NCBI GenBank assembly: GCA_965231005.1
Contig: OZ246405.1
Span: forward strand, 231,204 to 295,203
Origin: an uncultured Gammaproteobacteria bacterium
GTDB lineage: Bacteria > Patescibacteriota > Patescibacteriia > Magasanikbacterales > UBA922
DNA: 64,000 nt
Reading direction: 5' to 3'
Positions 1 through 8,739 of the stretch are shown here, in pieces. Under the pieces are notes generated by a model. That model was not told the DNA's origin. It saw only the letters and a program-made list of their open reading frames with translations, and did no database searches. The first letter of the stretch is position 1; each line of letters opens with the position of its first letter. Made by a program: the position numbers and the translations under genes.

Positions 1-454
1 TTTGCATTATAAAATGCTTTCTGACTTCCCTCTACTTTACAATGCGTTCCTTGTTTTTGCGCATCTCCTGTTGTGAGTCGCACTGCAAACCGTGTAATAC
101 TGTATGCACTTAGGATAATAAGCAGCCCAATGGCTGAATTAACTATTACTGACTTTCCATGAGCAATTTTCTCTTCATTTCCACCAGAAAGCAAAATCAA
201 ATATCCACCATATACCATATATATTAGAACAAGTGTCCCGAGCAAACCTAGTGCTGCTTTAATAATATTTGCAACAATAAGGCGTGGGTCATTTGGCTTT
301 CCAAGATCTGCTCCATCTGAACCAGCAAAGGCTGCATTCTGCTTTTTCAAATCATCTTTGAAGTCTGCAGATACATATTCTGGCTGTGCAAAGGAGAAAA
401 AAAGTAAACTAACAACAAAAAGACTTGCTGTTAAAAATATTATTGATGTCTTTT
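1..454 (-). CDS. TrbC/VirB2-like T4SS pilin family protein (paralog 1), C-terminal part runs off the window edge
   Basis: My own minus-strand translation from ATG at 454 gives MILKKTSIIFLTASLFVVSLLFFSFA...IYMVYGGYLILLSGGNEEKIAHGKS.... It has a signal peptide plus the family core motif YGGY-x-W/L-x-T/S-x-GG-NEE followed by a second hydrophobic helix. It is absent from the ORF track because it is open at the window edge. Confidence 0.7.
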
Positions 455-460
455 TTAAAA

Positions 461-898
461 TCATAGATCAAGAGGTATTGCCTGATAAGAATTTTCATTG
501 ATTTCGTATGCCTTGTCTGACGAAACAGTATTCTGAATCCGTTTTGCAACAAATGTTGTAATAGCATAGGAACTTAAGATAATTCCAAGCCCTATTACTG
601 CCCCTGTCATTGTTTTCTTTGCTTTCAAAATTTGATCTTGTTCACCATCTGCAGTAATAAGCCAATATCCTGCGAGCACAATAAGCCCAGTTACCATCAT
701 TCCTACAAGACCAAGGGCTATCTGGATAATTTCTGCAACAATGAGTTGAGGCGGTTTTGGGTTTTCAACTTCAAAACCTGCTTTTCCACCTCCTGCTTTT
801 AGCTGTCCACCCACATCGGCCCGAAGATCGCGCTGTGCACTTGCTGGCTGAAATATGAGCAAGCATGCGAACAATGAAACAATGAGAATCTTTTTCAT
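461..898 (-). CDS. TrbC/VirB2-like T4SS pilin family protein (paralog 2)
   Basis: ORF track 461..976 trimmed to the internal ATG at 898 (MKKILIVSLFACLL...), which abuts the stop of the next gene at 900. It has a signal peptide, the core LIVLAGYWLITADGEQDQILKAKK and a second TM helix. Confidence 0.75.
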   Translation of the reverse strand: MKKILIVSLFACLLIFQPASAQRDLRADVGGQLKAGGGKAGFEVENPKPPQLIVAEIIQIALGLVGMMVTGLIVLAGYWLITADGEQDQILKAKKTMTGAVIGLGIILSSYAITTFVAKRIQNTVSSDKAYEINENSYQAIPLDL

Positions 899-899
899 A

Positions 900-1295
900 T
901 TATTTAATTTGAGAAGCAGGCGCTGTTGTCTTTTCAATAACTTTTCCAACAACAAAATTACTAATTGCATATGCACTAAGTGTCACAACAAGCCCGATAA
1001 GTGAACCAGTAATAATTTTCTTTGCTTGATCAATCTGATCGGCTTCACCACGAGCAGTCATCCAAAGATAGCCTGCGTACACCATAAGTGCTGTAAAAAT
1101 AACACCAATAAGTGAAAGTGCTGAACTTACTACTGTACCAATGGTCTCTGCAAAGGTTGTTTCACTTGCTTCTTTAAATCCAGCTTCTTTTCCTGCTTTA
1201 TGTACATCGTCAATACCAAGATTTACTGCCCCAACAGATGCAAATGGTGCAAAAGCTAGTAGTGCCAATGAAAACATGAATAATATCTTCTTCAT
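900..1295 (-). CDS. TrbC/VirB2-like T4SS pilin family protein (paralog 3)
   Basis: 131 aa with a signal peptide. The core LMVYAGYLWMTARGEADQIDQAKK is followed by a hydrophobic helix. This is the conserved pilin motif seen in all array members. Confidence 0.8.
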   Translation of the reverse strand: MKKILFMFSLALLAFAPFASVGAVNLGIDDVHKAGKEAGFKEASETTFAETIGTVVSSALSLIGVIFTALMVYAGYLWMTARGEADQIDQAKKIITGSLIGLVVTLSAYAISNFVVGKVIEKTTAPASQIK

Positions 1296-1305
1296 ATAAT
1301 ACTAA

Positions 1306-1689
1306 TTAAAGATCTTTAAATCGAGAAGTAACAAAGGTGGTGATTGCGTATGCACTTACAACAATCACAATTCCAATTACTGCTGCAATAATAATTTGCT
1401 TTGCTTTGTCAATCTGATCTGCCTCTCCACGCGCTGTCATCCAGAGATATCCTGCATACACCATCAAAATAAGGAAAATAAGACCCACAAGTGTGAGAGC
1501 AGCATTTATGATTCCACCGATAATTGTTGGAAGATTTGTATTTGTGTTTGCGCCGGCCTTTTGACCGATTGCATTCAGATTTTGTCCTGCATTTTTCAAT
1601 CCTTGCGTTGAAGCAGCCTGCATTCCAAAAAGGAGGACAAACGAACAAAGTAGAACACTCATTATCTTTTGATATTTTTGTATAAACAT
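1306..1689 (-). CDS. TrbC/VirB2-like T4SS pilin family protein (paralog 4)
   Basis: 127 aa. The core LMVYAGYLWMTARGEADQIDKAKQ is near-identical to paralog 3. An alternative start is the MSVLL codon at 1662. Confidence 0.8.
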   Translation of the reverse strand: MFIQKYQKIMSVLLCSFVLLFGMQAASTQGLKNAGQNLNAIGQKAGANTNTNLPTIIGGIINAALTLVGLIFLILMVYAGYLWMTARGEADQIDKAKQIIIAAVIGIVIVVSAYAITTFVTSRFKDL

Positions 1690-1798
1690 AAAACGATTTT
1701 ACTATCATTAGTTAATAGTTACTAGCGAACTAGGCAAGATTGTTCTTACAAGATCTAATAACTATTAGCTAGTAGCTAATAACTAGTATATCACAGAC

Positions 1799-2413
1799 CT
1801 AACAACTACTGGTACACTGAACACCTACCACACCACCATCCCATTCAAACTCTGTAAATTGATCTCCTGAACTTGTCTTTTTTGCATCTGTTTCACAAGC
1901 AGAATATGTTTTAATACTACAACCCCAGACAGCGATTTCAGCCTGACCAAAAATTTGTGGTTTTCCAATTCTATCTCTGCAACAACCCAATGCCTCACCA
2001 CCCAACTGCTGTTGCTGTGTGGTTTGAGTAGCTTTTTCTTGATTGAGAACCCTACTTGTAATAAATGATGTAATGGTAAATCCACTCACAACAATTGCAA
2101 GACCAATGATCGATCCAATAATCGTATCTCGTGCTTTTGTAACATTTTCATCATTTCCTCTTGCTGTCATCCAACGAAATCCTGCATATACCATGAGAAT
2201 GAGAAACGCAAGACCAACAATTGAAAACGCTGTTTGAATCACTCGTGCAACAACCTCTGGTACTTCTATATCTGTTTCAGAGCCTGCCTTTTTTGCTACA
2301 ATATTTAAATTCCCTTCACTAGAATTGAATGTTTGTCGAGCTAAAACATTTCCTGCTGGCGCTAGCATAAGGAGCATAAAGAAAAAAATTGTTCCCTTAC
2401 GTAACCACGTCAT
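1799..2413 (-). CDS. T4SS pilin family protein with C-terminal Cys-containing extension (paralog 5)
   Basis: 204 aa with a signal peptide and the core MVYAGFRWMTARGNDENVTKARD. It has a C-terminal tail of about 70 aa with 7 Cys. Confidence 0.75.
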   Translation of the reverse strand: MTWLRKGTIFFFMLLMLAPAGNVLARQTFNSSEGNLNIVAKKAGSETDIEVPEVVARVIQTAFSIVGLAFLILMVYAGFRWMTARGNDENVTKARDTIIGSIIGLAIVVSGFTITSFITSRVLNQEKATQTTQQQQLGGEALGCCRDRIGKPQIFGQAEIAVWGCSIKTYSACETDAKKTSSGDQFTEFEWDGGVVGVQCTSSC

Positions 2414-2416
2414 AGA

Positions 2417-2905
2417 CTACTTATTAGCATTACATTCTTCTAAGGAATTGAACAAATTCCCCACGCAAGATCCTTTTGGATCAAACTTTGTACACTGGCC
2501 ATTGGCTGCACAATACTGAACATCTTCTGGCGTTGCTTGTTGAGGACCAAGACGTTTGAAGACGAATGTTGTAATGGTGTATGCAGCAACCACAATGATA
2601 ATCCCAACAATTGCTGCAATAATAGTATCTTGCGCTGTTCGAATTTCATCTTCATTCCCTCTTGCAACCATCCACCTGAACCCTGCATAAAGAATATGAA
2701 CAAAAAAGATAATTGAAATTAAACCAAGTGCTGTCCCAATAATGTTCCCAATAATTCCAAGAACATTTTCTTGTTTTTCTCCTGCTTTATATAATCCTGC
2801 ACGCCCGGCAGTTTCTTCTAGGCCAAGTTGTGCATGAGCTGTTGGAGCAAATACAAAAAATATAAATGTGAAGGAAAGAAGTATTGTGAATATTTTTTTC
2901 TTCAT
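2417..2905 (-). CDS. T4SS pilin family protein with C-terminal Cys-rich tail (paralog 6)
   Basis: ORF track 2417..2926; the start is placed at ATG 2905 (MKKKIFTILLSF..) to avoid overlap with the upstream stop. The core is ILYAGFRWMVARGNEDEIRTAQD and the tail is QYCAANGQCTKFDPKGSCVGNLFNSLEECNANK. Confidence 0.7.
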   Translation of the reverse strand: MKKKIFTILLSFTFIFFVFAPTAHAQLGLEETAGRAGLYKAGEKQENVLGIIGNIIGTALGLISIIFFVHILYAGFRWMVARGNEDEIRTAQDTIIAAIVGIIIVVAAYTITTFVFKRLGPQQATPEDVQYCAANGQCTKFDPKGSCVGNLFNSLEECNANK

Positions 2906-2916
2906 ACAGAATTTTT

Positions 2917-3855
2917 TTAGTCGCAAACCCTTGCACTACAATTTCCATCACTTTTGCAAAAAGTATTCTTAGGGCAATGTGAATCAACTTTACAACTACT
3001 CTGAACACACAGACCAGACAAACAATTCGAATTTGACTTACATATTTCACCTTTTTTCAGCAGTTTTGGAGTACAAACACCCGAAATACAAATATTACTT
3101 TGACAATCTACATTTTCTTTACAGAATTTGCCACCAGGAAGTGGTGTACACAATCCTGATGAACAATTATTACTTTTACAATGATAGTTCAAACCACAAG
3201 CTTTTCCACCATCGAGTTGACCACCAACACACACACCTTTTACACATGCATTTCCTGCACATTCAGCTTTAACAGTACACTTCTTTCCTGCAGGAAGTGG
3301 CGCACAAAAACCAGATACACATCCACCGAGTTTACATTCATCAGTACTTGTACACGCTGCTCCACCCAAGAGCGTTCCACCTGAAGAACTTCCTTGGTCC
3401 TGTGTTGGAGAACCACCAACTGTTTTTTCTGGTTGATAATTTCCACTAATGCTTTGGAACAAGAATTGTGTTATTGCGTAGGCAGACAGAATAACAATGA
3501 TTCCTGCAACTGCGCCAAAAATAGTTTTCTTTCCATCTTCAACTTGTTCTTCGTCTCCTCGCGCTGTCATAACCATAAATCCACCATACAGCATAAGCGC
3601 AAAGAACAGTACTGAGACAAGTGAGAGAACACTTCCAAGAACATTTCCAACGAGCTGTGGAATATTATCGTTCTGTCCTTTTTCTTGATAGATTCCTGCC
3701 TCACCAGCAACTGCTTTTAGTCCATAACTTTTTATTGGAGCAAGTTCTTGCGCAGAAACAGTGGAAAACAAACCAAACATCATCACTAGTAATGCCGTCA
3801 TTATAATTGTTACTCTGAATATTTTCATACCAGTATACAAAAATTGAGGTTTCAT
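2917..3855 (-). CDS. T4SS pilin family protein fused to a repetitive cysteine-rich module domain (paralog 7)
   Basis: 312 aa with a signal peptide and the core LMLYGGFMVMTARGDEEQVEDGKK. The C-terminus of about 170 aa has at least 5 repeats of C-x5-C-x4-C-x4-C, for example CKSNNCSSGLCTPLPGGKFC. Confidence 0.8.
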   Translation of the reverse strand: MKPQFLYTGMKIFRVTIIMTALLVMMFGLFSTVSAQELAPIKSYGLKAVAGEAGIYQEKGQNDNIPQLVGNVLGSVLSLVSVLFFALMLYGGFMVMTARGDEEQVEDGKKTIFGAVAGIIVILSAYAITQFLFQSISGNYQPEKTVGGSPTQDQGSSSGGTLLGGAACTSTDECKLGGCVSGFCAPLPAGKKCTVKAECAGNACVKGVCVGGQLDGGKACGLNYHCKSNNCSSGLCTPLPGGKFCKENVDCQSNICISGVCTPKLLKKGEICKSNSNCLSGLCVQSSCKVDSHCPKNTFCKSDGNCSARVCD

Positions 3856-3940
3856 TAACTAAGAAGTTGGAAACTAGAAATTAGAAATTGGGGCTTTTTC
3901 AAAGATATCTTATATTGGTTCCCTAATTTCAAATTTCTAA

Positions 3941-4561
3941 TTATTGTATTAAGTTCTTACCCTTAATATCCCCTTCACAAATTCCTTTTGAAAAACCAGA
4001 TCCACCATCTGCACACTTTTTACCTTCTGCTAGCTCCTCACATGAATAGAGCACACCTTTTTTTACAATACAATATTTCTTAGCAGCGATCGGATCAACA
4101 TTTCCTTGGGCAGCTCCCTTTGGCTCATTCAATTCTCCTTTTACTGCTTTGAAAATAAGTTGGGTAAGCGCGTATGCGGAAATAACAATCACAAGACCAA
4201 GAATTGCGCCTAAAATTGTTTTCAATGCTTTTGTTGACTTTTCTTCGTTCCCTCTTGCTGTCATCCACATAAACCCACCATACAGCATAAGCAAAAAGAA
4301 AATAACAGACGTAAACGTAAGAGCAGCACCAATCAAATCTCCTGCTCTTGCTGCAAGTGTTGGATTTCCACCTTTTTCATTGTACAAACCAGCTTCCCCA
4401 CCTGTTTCCTCGAGTCCAAATGCTGCAGACGCTGGAGAAACAAACCCAACAAAAACAAACGCAATAATAAAACACAGCAGTATTGCACTGACATGTCCCA
4501 ATACTGCTTTATGCCATCGCTTACTGCTGTCAGATTGACTGTGTTTTATATATTCACGCAT
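3941..4561 (-). CDS. T4SS pilin family protein with C-terminal Cys-containing extension (paralog 8)
   Basis: The ORF track starts at a TTG (4594); the first ATG is at 4561 (MREYIKHSQ...). The core is LMLYGGFMWMTARGNEEKSTKALK. The C-terminal tail has several Cys (CIVKKGVLYSCEELAEGKKCADGG...). Confidence 0.7.
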   Translation of the reverse strand: MREYIKHSQSDSSKRWHKAVLGHVSAILLCFIIAFVFVGFVSPASAAFGLEETGGEAGLYNEKGGNPTLAARAGDLIGAALTFTSVIFFLLMLYGGFMWMTARGNEEKSTKALKTILGAILGLVIVISAYALTQLIFKAVKGELNEPKGAAQGNVDPIAAKKYCIVKKGVLYSCEELAEGKKCADGGSGFSKGICEGDIKGKNLIQ

Positions 4562-4597
4562 ATGCTTCCACTTGCATGAGAAAATCAATATCAAACC

Positions 4598-5005
4598 TTA
4601 TGGATTTTGCTGCTGACCTGTTTGATAATTTTGTCCTGTTGTAGCTTGGTAAAGGTTTTTAACAACAAAGTTAGTAATTGCGTATGCACTCAAGACAATT
4701 GCAAGTCCAATAACTGCAGCACTAAGGCGCTTCTTTGCAGAAGATACTTGGTCTTCGTTTCCACCTGCTGTCATCCATTCAAATCCAGCCCAGATTATGA
4801 TAACAACCGTCAAAATTCCAAGCAAACTAAGCGCAACACGAATAATATTTGCTACTTGTAGACGAACGTCTGTATTCCCAAGTCCAGTTGCTGACCCATA
4901 ATTCAACCCAAGAATATCATTTGATGTAGCAAGAGCATCTGGCACGAGTGCAAATAGCCCAAGAGCAAATACACCTACCATGCCCAAAGCAAGATACTTT
5001 TTCAT
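4598..5005 (-). CDS. TrbC/VirB2-like T4SS pilin family protein (paralog 9)
   Basis: Start trimmed to ATG 5005 (MKKYLALGMVGVFALG..). The core is IIIWAGFEWMTAGGNEDQVSSAKK followed by a hydrophobic helix. Confidence 0.75.
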   Translation of the reverse strand: MKKYLALGMVGVFALGLFALVPDALATSNDILGLNYGSATGLGNTDVRLQVANIIRVALSLLGILTVVIIIWAGFEWMTAGGNEDQVSSAKKRLSAAVIGLAIVLSAYAITNFVVKNLYQATTGQNYQTGQQQNP

Positions 5006-5119
5006 ATATATAGAAATTATGTTTATGTGTGCATACAAGAAATAGTGTATGCGCGCGTAAACACAATTGAAGAGAAAGCGTAGAGGGGAAGCCCCCCTCT
5101 ACACAATCTTTTACTTTTA

Positions 5120-5650
5120 CTATTTGAGAATATCAGCTGCGTCACCAGAGCCAGTAGCTGTAGACAATTCTCGGAGTACAAACGTTGCAATTGCCCATGC
5201 GGACATGATAATTGCCAATCCAATAATACCTTGGATAATACGTTTTCTCGCTTCTGTAACTTTTTCTTCATTACCACCAGCGGTCATCCATTGGAAACCA
5301 CCAATCAAGATGATAACAACAGAAACAATACCAAGTAAACTCAAAGCAACATTGATAATCTTTGCTGCTGTTGTCCGTAAATCTGTTCTACCAAGTGATG
5401 TTTTAAGACCTGTATCAACGGTTTTGATTCCAAACACATCTTCACTAGATGACTTAGAACTATCGTTTTGTGTAAGAACACACTTACTCGCTGAATTACA
5501 TGTGTAACCTTTGTCACAAGGATTCTTTGAATCACACTTGTCAGGATTTGTCGCACTAGCTATTCCTGGGGCAAACATGAGTACCATGGCTGCGGTTGCA
5601 ATAACTGCGAAAATCGTTTTGAATCGTGCAAGTTTTACGACTGCGTACAT
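5120..5650 (-). CDS. T4SS pilin family protein with N-terminal Cys-rich insert (paralog 10)
   Basis: 176 aa with a signal peptide, then PDKCDSKNPCDKGYTCNSASKC, then the core VIILIGGFQWMTAGGNEEKVTEARK. Confidence 0.75.
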   Translation of the reverse strand: MYAVVKLARFKTIFAVIATAAMVLMFAPGIASATNPDKCDSKNPCDKGYTCNSASKCVLTQNDSSKSSSEDVFGIKTVDTGLKTSLGRTDLRTTAAKIINVALSLLGIVSVVIILIGGFQWMTAGGNEEKVTEARKRIIQGIIGLAIIMSAWAIATFVLRELSTATGSGDAADILK

Positions 5651-5779
5651 ATGCTCACCCCCTTTCGTTGTAAGATATATTTACTCATAAAGAAATAAAT
5701 AGCCTAAAAGGCCAGAAGGAAAGAAAAACGAACATTTCCCTTTCCTTTTCTACCTTTTAGAAAAAAATAAGTAAAATAA

Positions 5780-6166
5780 CTACGCTCCAGCCTGGAGACC
5801 AAGTCCTGAAATAACTGTACTCAGTATAGCATAGCTTCCAAAAATAATGAACAATCCAAGTACTGCCCACATCATGATTGTTTTTCCTTTTGCAACTCTA
5901 TCTGCATTACCACCACTTGTCATCCACAAAAATCCACCATAGACAAATACCACAAGTGTGAGTGATCCAATTAATGCCAGTCCGGCTTTCACTATTCCTC
6001 CAATAATAGCTGCCATATTTGTCTGCCCTTCTGGATTCTCAACTGTTCCACCTATAGGATTCACAAGAGGAACTATTCCTTTTTGCTTTGCAACTTGTGC
6101 AAATGCCGGAGCAGCACTACTAAATAATATTAGTATACTAATTGCTATTATTGTTTTCTTCATCAT
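5780..6166 (-). CDS. TrbC/VirB2-like T4SS pilin family protein (paralog 11)
   Basis: 128 aa with the start MMKKTIIAISILILF (signal peptide). The core is VVFVYGGFLWMTSGGNADRVAKGKT. Confidence 0.8.
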   Translation of the reverse strand: MMKKTIIAISILILFSSAAPAFAQVAKQKGIVPLVNPIGGTVENPEGQTNMAAIIGGIVKAGLALIGSLTLVVFVYGGFLWMTSGGNADRVAKGKTIMMWAVLGLFIIFGSYAILSTVISGLGLQAGA

Positions 6167-6225
6167 ATATCTTCTTAAAAGAGCCTTTTAAGCCTTTACA
6201 GCTTTTAAGGCATTTATGGCTTTTT

Positions 6226-7353
6226 CTACTTTGTTTGTTCTAACGTTCCAACAGCTCTAAATGCATCGCTGACTTGAAGAGCATCAAGAACAAAATCAAC
6301 TACAAGATATGCACTAAATAAAATAATCATACCAAGAATTGCTGCAACAAGAGTCTGTTTCCCCTGCGTAATTCTTTCTTCCATTCCAAAGGATGTCACC
6401 CATAAAAATCCACCGTAGACAAAAAATCCAAAGGCAATCACACCAACAATCCCAAAGAATGAACGACCAAACCGAATGAACAACTCTATAATATCATTTA
6501 TATCATCACATGTCCCTTCAAATGCACATGGTGGGAGAATCTGACTTGGATATTCTGCCTCACTTGGTGCTTTATACTTACTTTTTAAATACGCTTCTAT
6601 ATTTTCATCTTGAATTTCTTTCAGTTCTTCGCTGGTTAATGCACTCTTCAATTTGCACGACTCAGAACTTGTCACATATGCACAATGACTATGCTTTATA
6701 CAGTTATTTCTATCTTTATTTAATTTTGTACAATCAAATTTAGCTTTTACCTGTTCTTCAAAACCAACAAAATAAATAGCAAGTTGTTCCTTAACAAATC
6801 TAAAACGGATTCTCTTTTTGACATTTACTGTTTTAGACGGGCCTGTTGTTTTTACCTGACATGTTGAATCCTCTTTCTGTGAGAGGGTATAGACAAAATC
6901 ACTAGCAGTCGATTTTGGACCATCTTGTGCCCAAGAGACAAATCCCTCTTTGGAGCCGCAGGCAGACAGTTCTCTATATACATCATGGGACTTCCAAGGG
7001 GCACCAACAGTTGCTGGAGTACCTTTTGCCAAATCATCAAAATTAATACCTTTTACACCCTCATTTACTTCGATACAAAATTCCTTACCCGTTGTTGGAT
7101 CAAGATTTTCATCATAATTCTTGTATACATGAAGTTTGTTCCCTATCTTAGGCTCTTTTGCTGTATCTGCCACAAAGACTGCAAATAGCTTTCCCTTTGG
7201 TGTTTCTTTTAATCCGAATTGCTTTACACAATTTATTTTTGCTTCATATGCTGCTACAGGCTGGACAAATAAAAAAGGAAGAAAAAGAAGTGCAGCAAAA
7301 AATACTACCTTCCAAAGTGATACTTGTTGTAATTTTTGTACGTTCAACATCAT
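6226..7353 (-). CDS. T4SS pilin family protein with large N-terminal Cys-containing extracellular domain (paralog 12)
   Basis: 375 aa with a signal peptide. An N-terminal domain of about 280 aa has about 10 Cys. The C-terminal pilin core is FFVYGGFLWVTSFGMEERITQGKQ with a TM helix. Confidence 0.7.
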   Translation of the reverse strand: MMLNVQKLQQVSLWKVVFFAALLFLPFLFVQPVAAYEAKINCVKQFGLKETPKGKLFAVFVADTAKEPKIGNKLHVYKNYDENLDPTTGKEFCIEVNEGVKGINFDDLAKGTPATVGAPWKSHDVYRELSACGSKEGFVSWAQDGPKSTASDFVYTLSQKEDSTCQVKTTGPSKTVNVKKRIRFRFVKEQLAIYFVGFEEQVKAKFDCTKLNKDRNNCIKHSHCAYVTSSESCKLKSALTSEELKEIQDENIEAYLKSKYKAPSEAEYPSQILPPCAFEGTCDDINDIIELFIRFGRSFFGIVGVIAFGFFVYGGFLWVTSFGMEERITQGKQTLVAAILGMIILFSAYLVVDFVLDALQVSDAFRAVGTLEQTK

Positions 7354-7356
7354 ATT

Positions 7357-8736
7357 TTAGAATGTTTGTTGAATAGTTATTGCAGCATTTTTGATAATAG
7401 CAATATCACGCTTCAATGGATTTTCCCCATCAGCATAAGACTGTAAGAACTGATCAATCATAAGTTTCATCGCGTCATTTGTTGTATCAATATCGTTTCC
7501 TCTATACCAATTTTCTGCTGTTAATACACCAGTCACAAATGGTCCTAAGATATCGTCCTTTGCCTGATCTGTAATTTGGGATCGAAGTGGTGTAAGACGT
7601 CCTGTTGCCTCGGTATATTCAGCGATTTTTTCTGGTGTAGTAATAAACCGAACAAAATCCCATGCAATATTCTGATTTGCAGATTTTCCTACAACAGATT
7701 CTACCCAATAGTTTGCAACATTTTTTGGTTCTCCAGGGTTCAGCTGTGGCATTGGCAATACACCCAAACTCATCTGTGGTGCACGAGAAGTAATTCTCTC
7801 AGCGTCAAATGCAAATCCAATGTAAAATGCAGAACGACCTGCTGTAAATGATTCAAGTGCGTCTCCTTGTGAAGCATTCCAGCTATATGCTTCTTTTGTA
7901 GGTCGAGCAAAATCAGTATAAAAACGAAGCGCCTCTCGTGTAGGATGTGCTCCTGGATTTTCTTCTATTCCATTTGCAAATGTGACACTCCCTTTGTGTG
8001 TAACAGGAACATTGTTCTGCATCAATAGCAGTGCCATAATATCTGGTGAATTTGTAATATTATTTCCTGTACCTAAGGCTATTCCTGATTGGATAATATT
8101 TCCATTTGCATCAAACCGTGTTGTTGCACGAACGGCTTCTAACAATTCTGCCCATGTTGTTGGAGGAACAGCAATACCTGCACTATCTAATAAATCTTTA
8201 TTGTAATAAACGGCTAATGTATCTACAGAAAGTGGAAGACCCAAAATATTATTTGAAAAAATCACATCTTCTCCAACTGTTTTTACAAAAGCAGAAGAAA
8301 CAATGTTTGGTGTTGGCATTGCATTGACCTCGTTTGTTACAACAACCTCTTTTGCATATTCACCTTTAATTGACACATTTGAAACCTGCACACTTCCAGG
8401 CATTGAAGACAGCCGTGGTGCGTATTTATTGAGCCAACGAACGTGAAGTGAAACAATATCTGGTGGTACATCATCTGCAAGGGAATTTACTAACAATGTA
8501 TCAAACTCATCATACCGAACCTGACGAATATTGATCGTTACATACGGCTTTAACTGTTTATACTGTTCAGCAAATGTCCGCAAAACACTCACATCATTAA
8601 ATACTGTCCAGTATTCAATATTTACTGGTTTGATAGATGCTTGTTGGTCGTCTGAAAGACCTTTACAACCTAAACCTGTTGTTATTAACAACAGAAAGAG
8701 TAAAGGAAATAAAAATATTTTTTTATTCATAATCAT
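7357..8736 (-). CDS. ABC-transporter-type extracellular solute-binding lipoprotein (family 1, sugar-type)
   Basis: 459 aa with a lipobox LITTGLGC. The pattern LAVYYNKDLL...PTTWAELLEAV is typical of SBP_bac_1 substrate-binding proteins. It is embedded in the pilin array with a 3-nt spacing to both neighbours. Confidence 0.7.
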   Translation of the reverse strand: MIMNKKIFLFPLLFLLLITTGLGCKGLSDDQQASIKPVNIEYWTVFNDVSVLRTFAEQYKQLKPYVTINIRQVRYDEFDTLLVNSLADDVPPDIVSLHVRWLNKYAPRLSSMPGSVQVSNVSIKGEYAKEVVVTNEVNAMPTPNIVSSAFVKTVGEDVIFSNNILGLPLSVDTLAVYYNKDLLDSAGIAVPPTTWAELLEAVRATTRFDANGNIIQSGIALGTGNNITNSPDIMALLLMQNNVPVTHKGSVTFANGIEENPGAHPTREALRFYTDFARPTKEAYSWNASQGDALESFTAGRSAFYIGFAFDAERITSRAPQMSLGVLPMPQLNPGEPKNVANYWVESVVGKSANQNIAWDFVRFITTPEKIAEYTEATGRLTPLRSQITDQAKDDILGPFVTGVLTAENWYRGNDIDTTNDAMKLMIDQFLQSYADGENPLKRDIAIIKNAAITIQQTF

Positions 8737-8739
8737 AAT

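Noticed and set aside
4149-5507. Plus-strand ORFs (129 and 146 aa) opposite pilin paralogs 8-10
   Set aside because: They are antisense to genes that carry the conserved pilin motif. Their translations are low-complexity with no start context.
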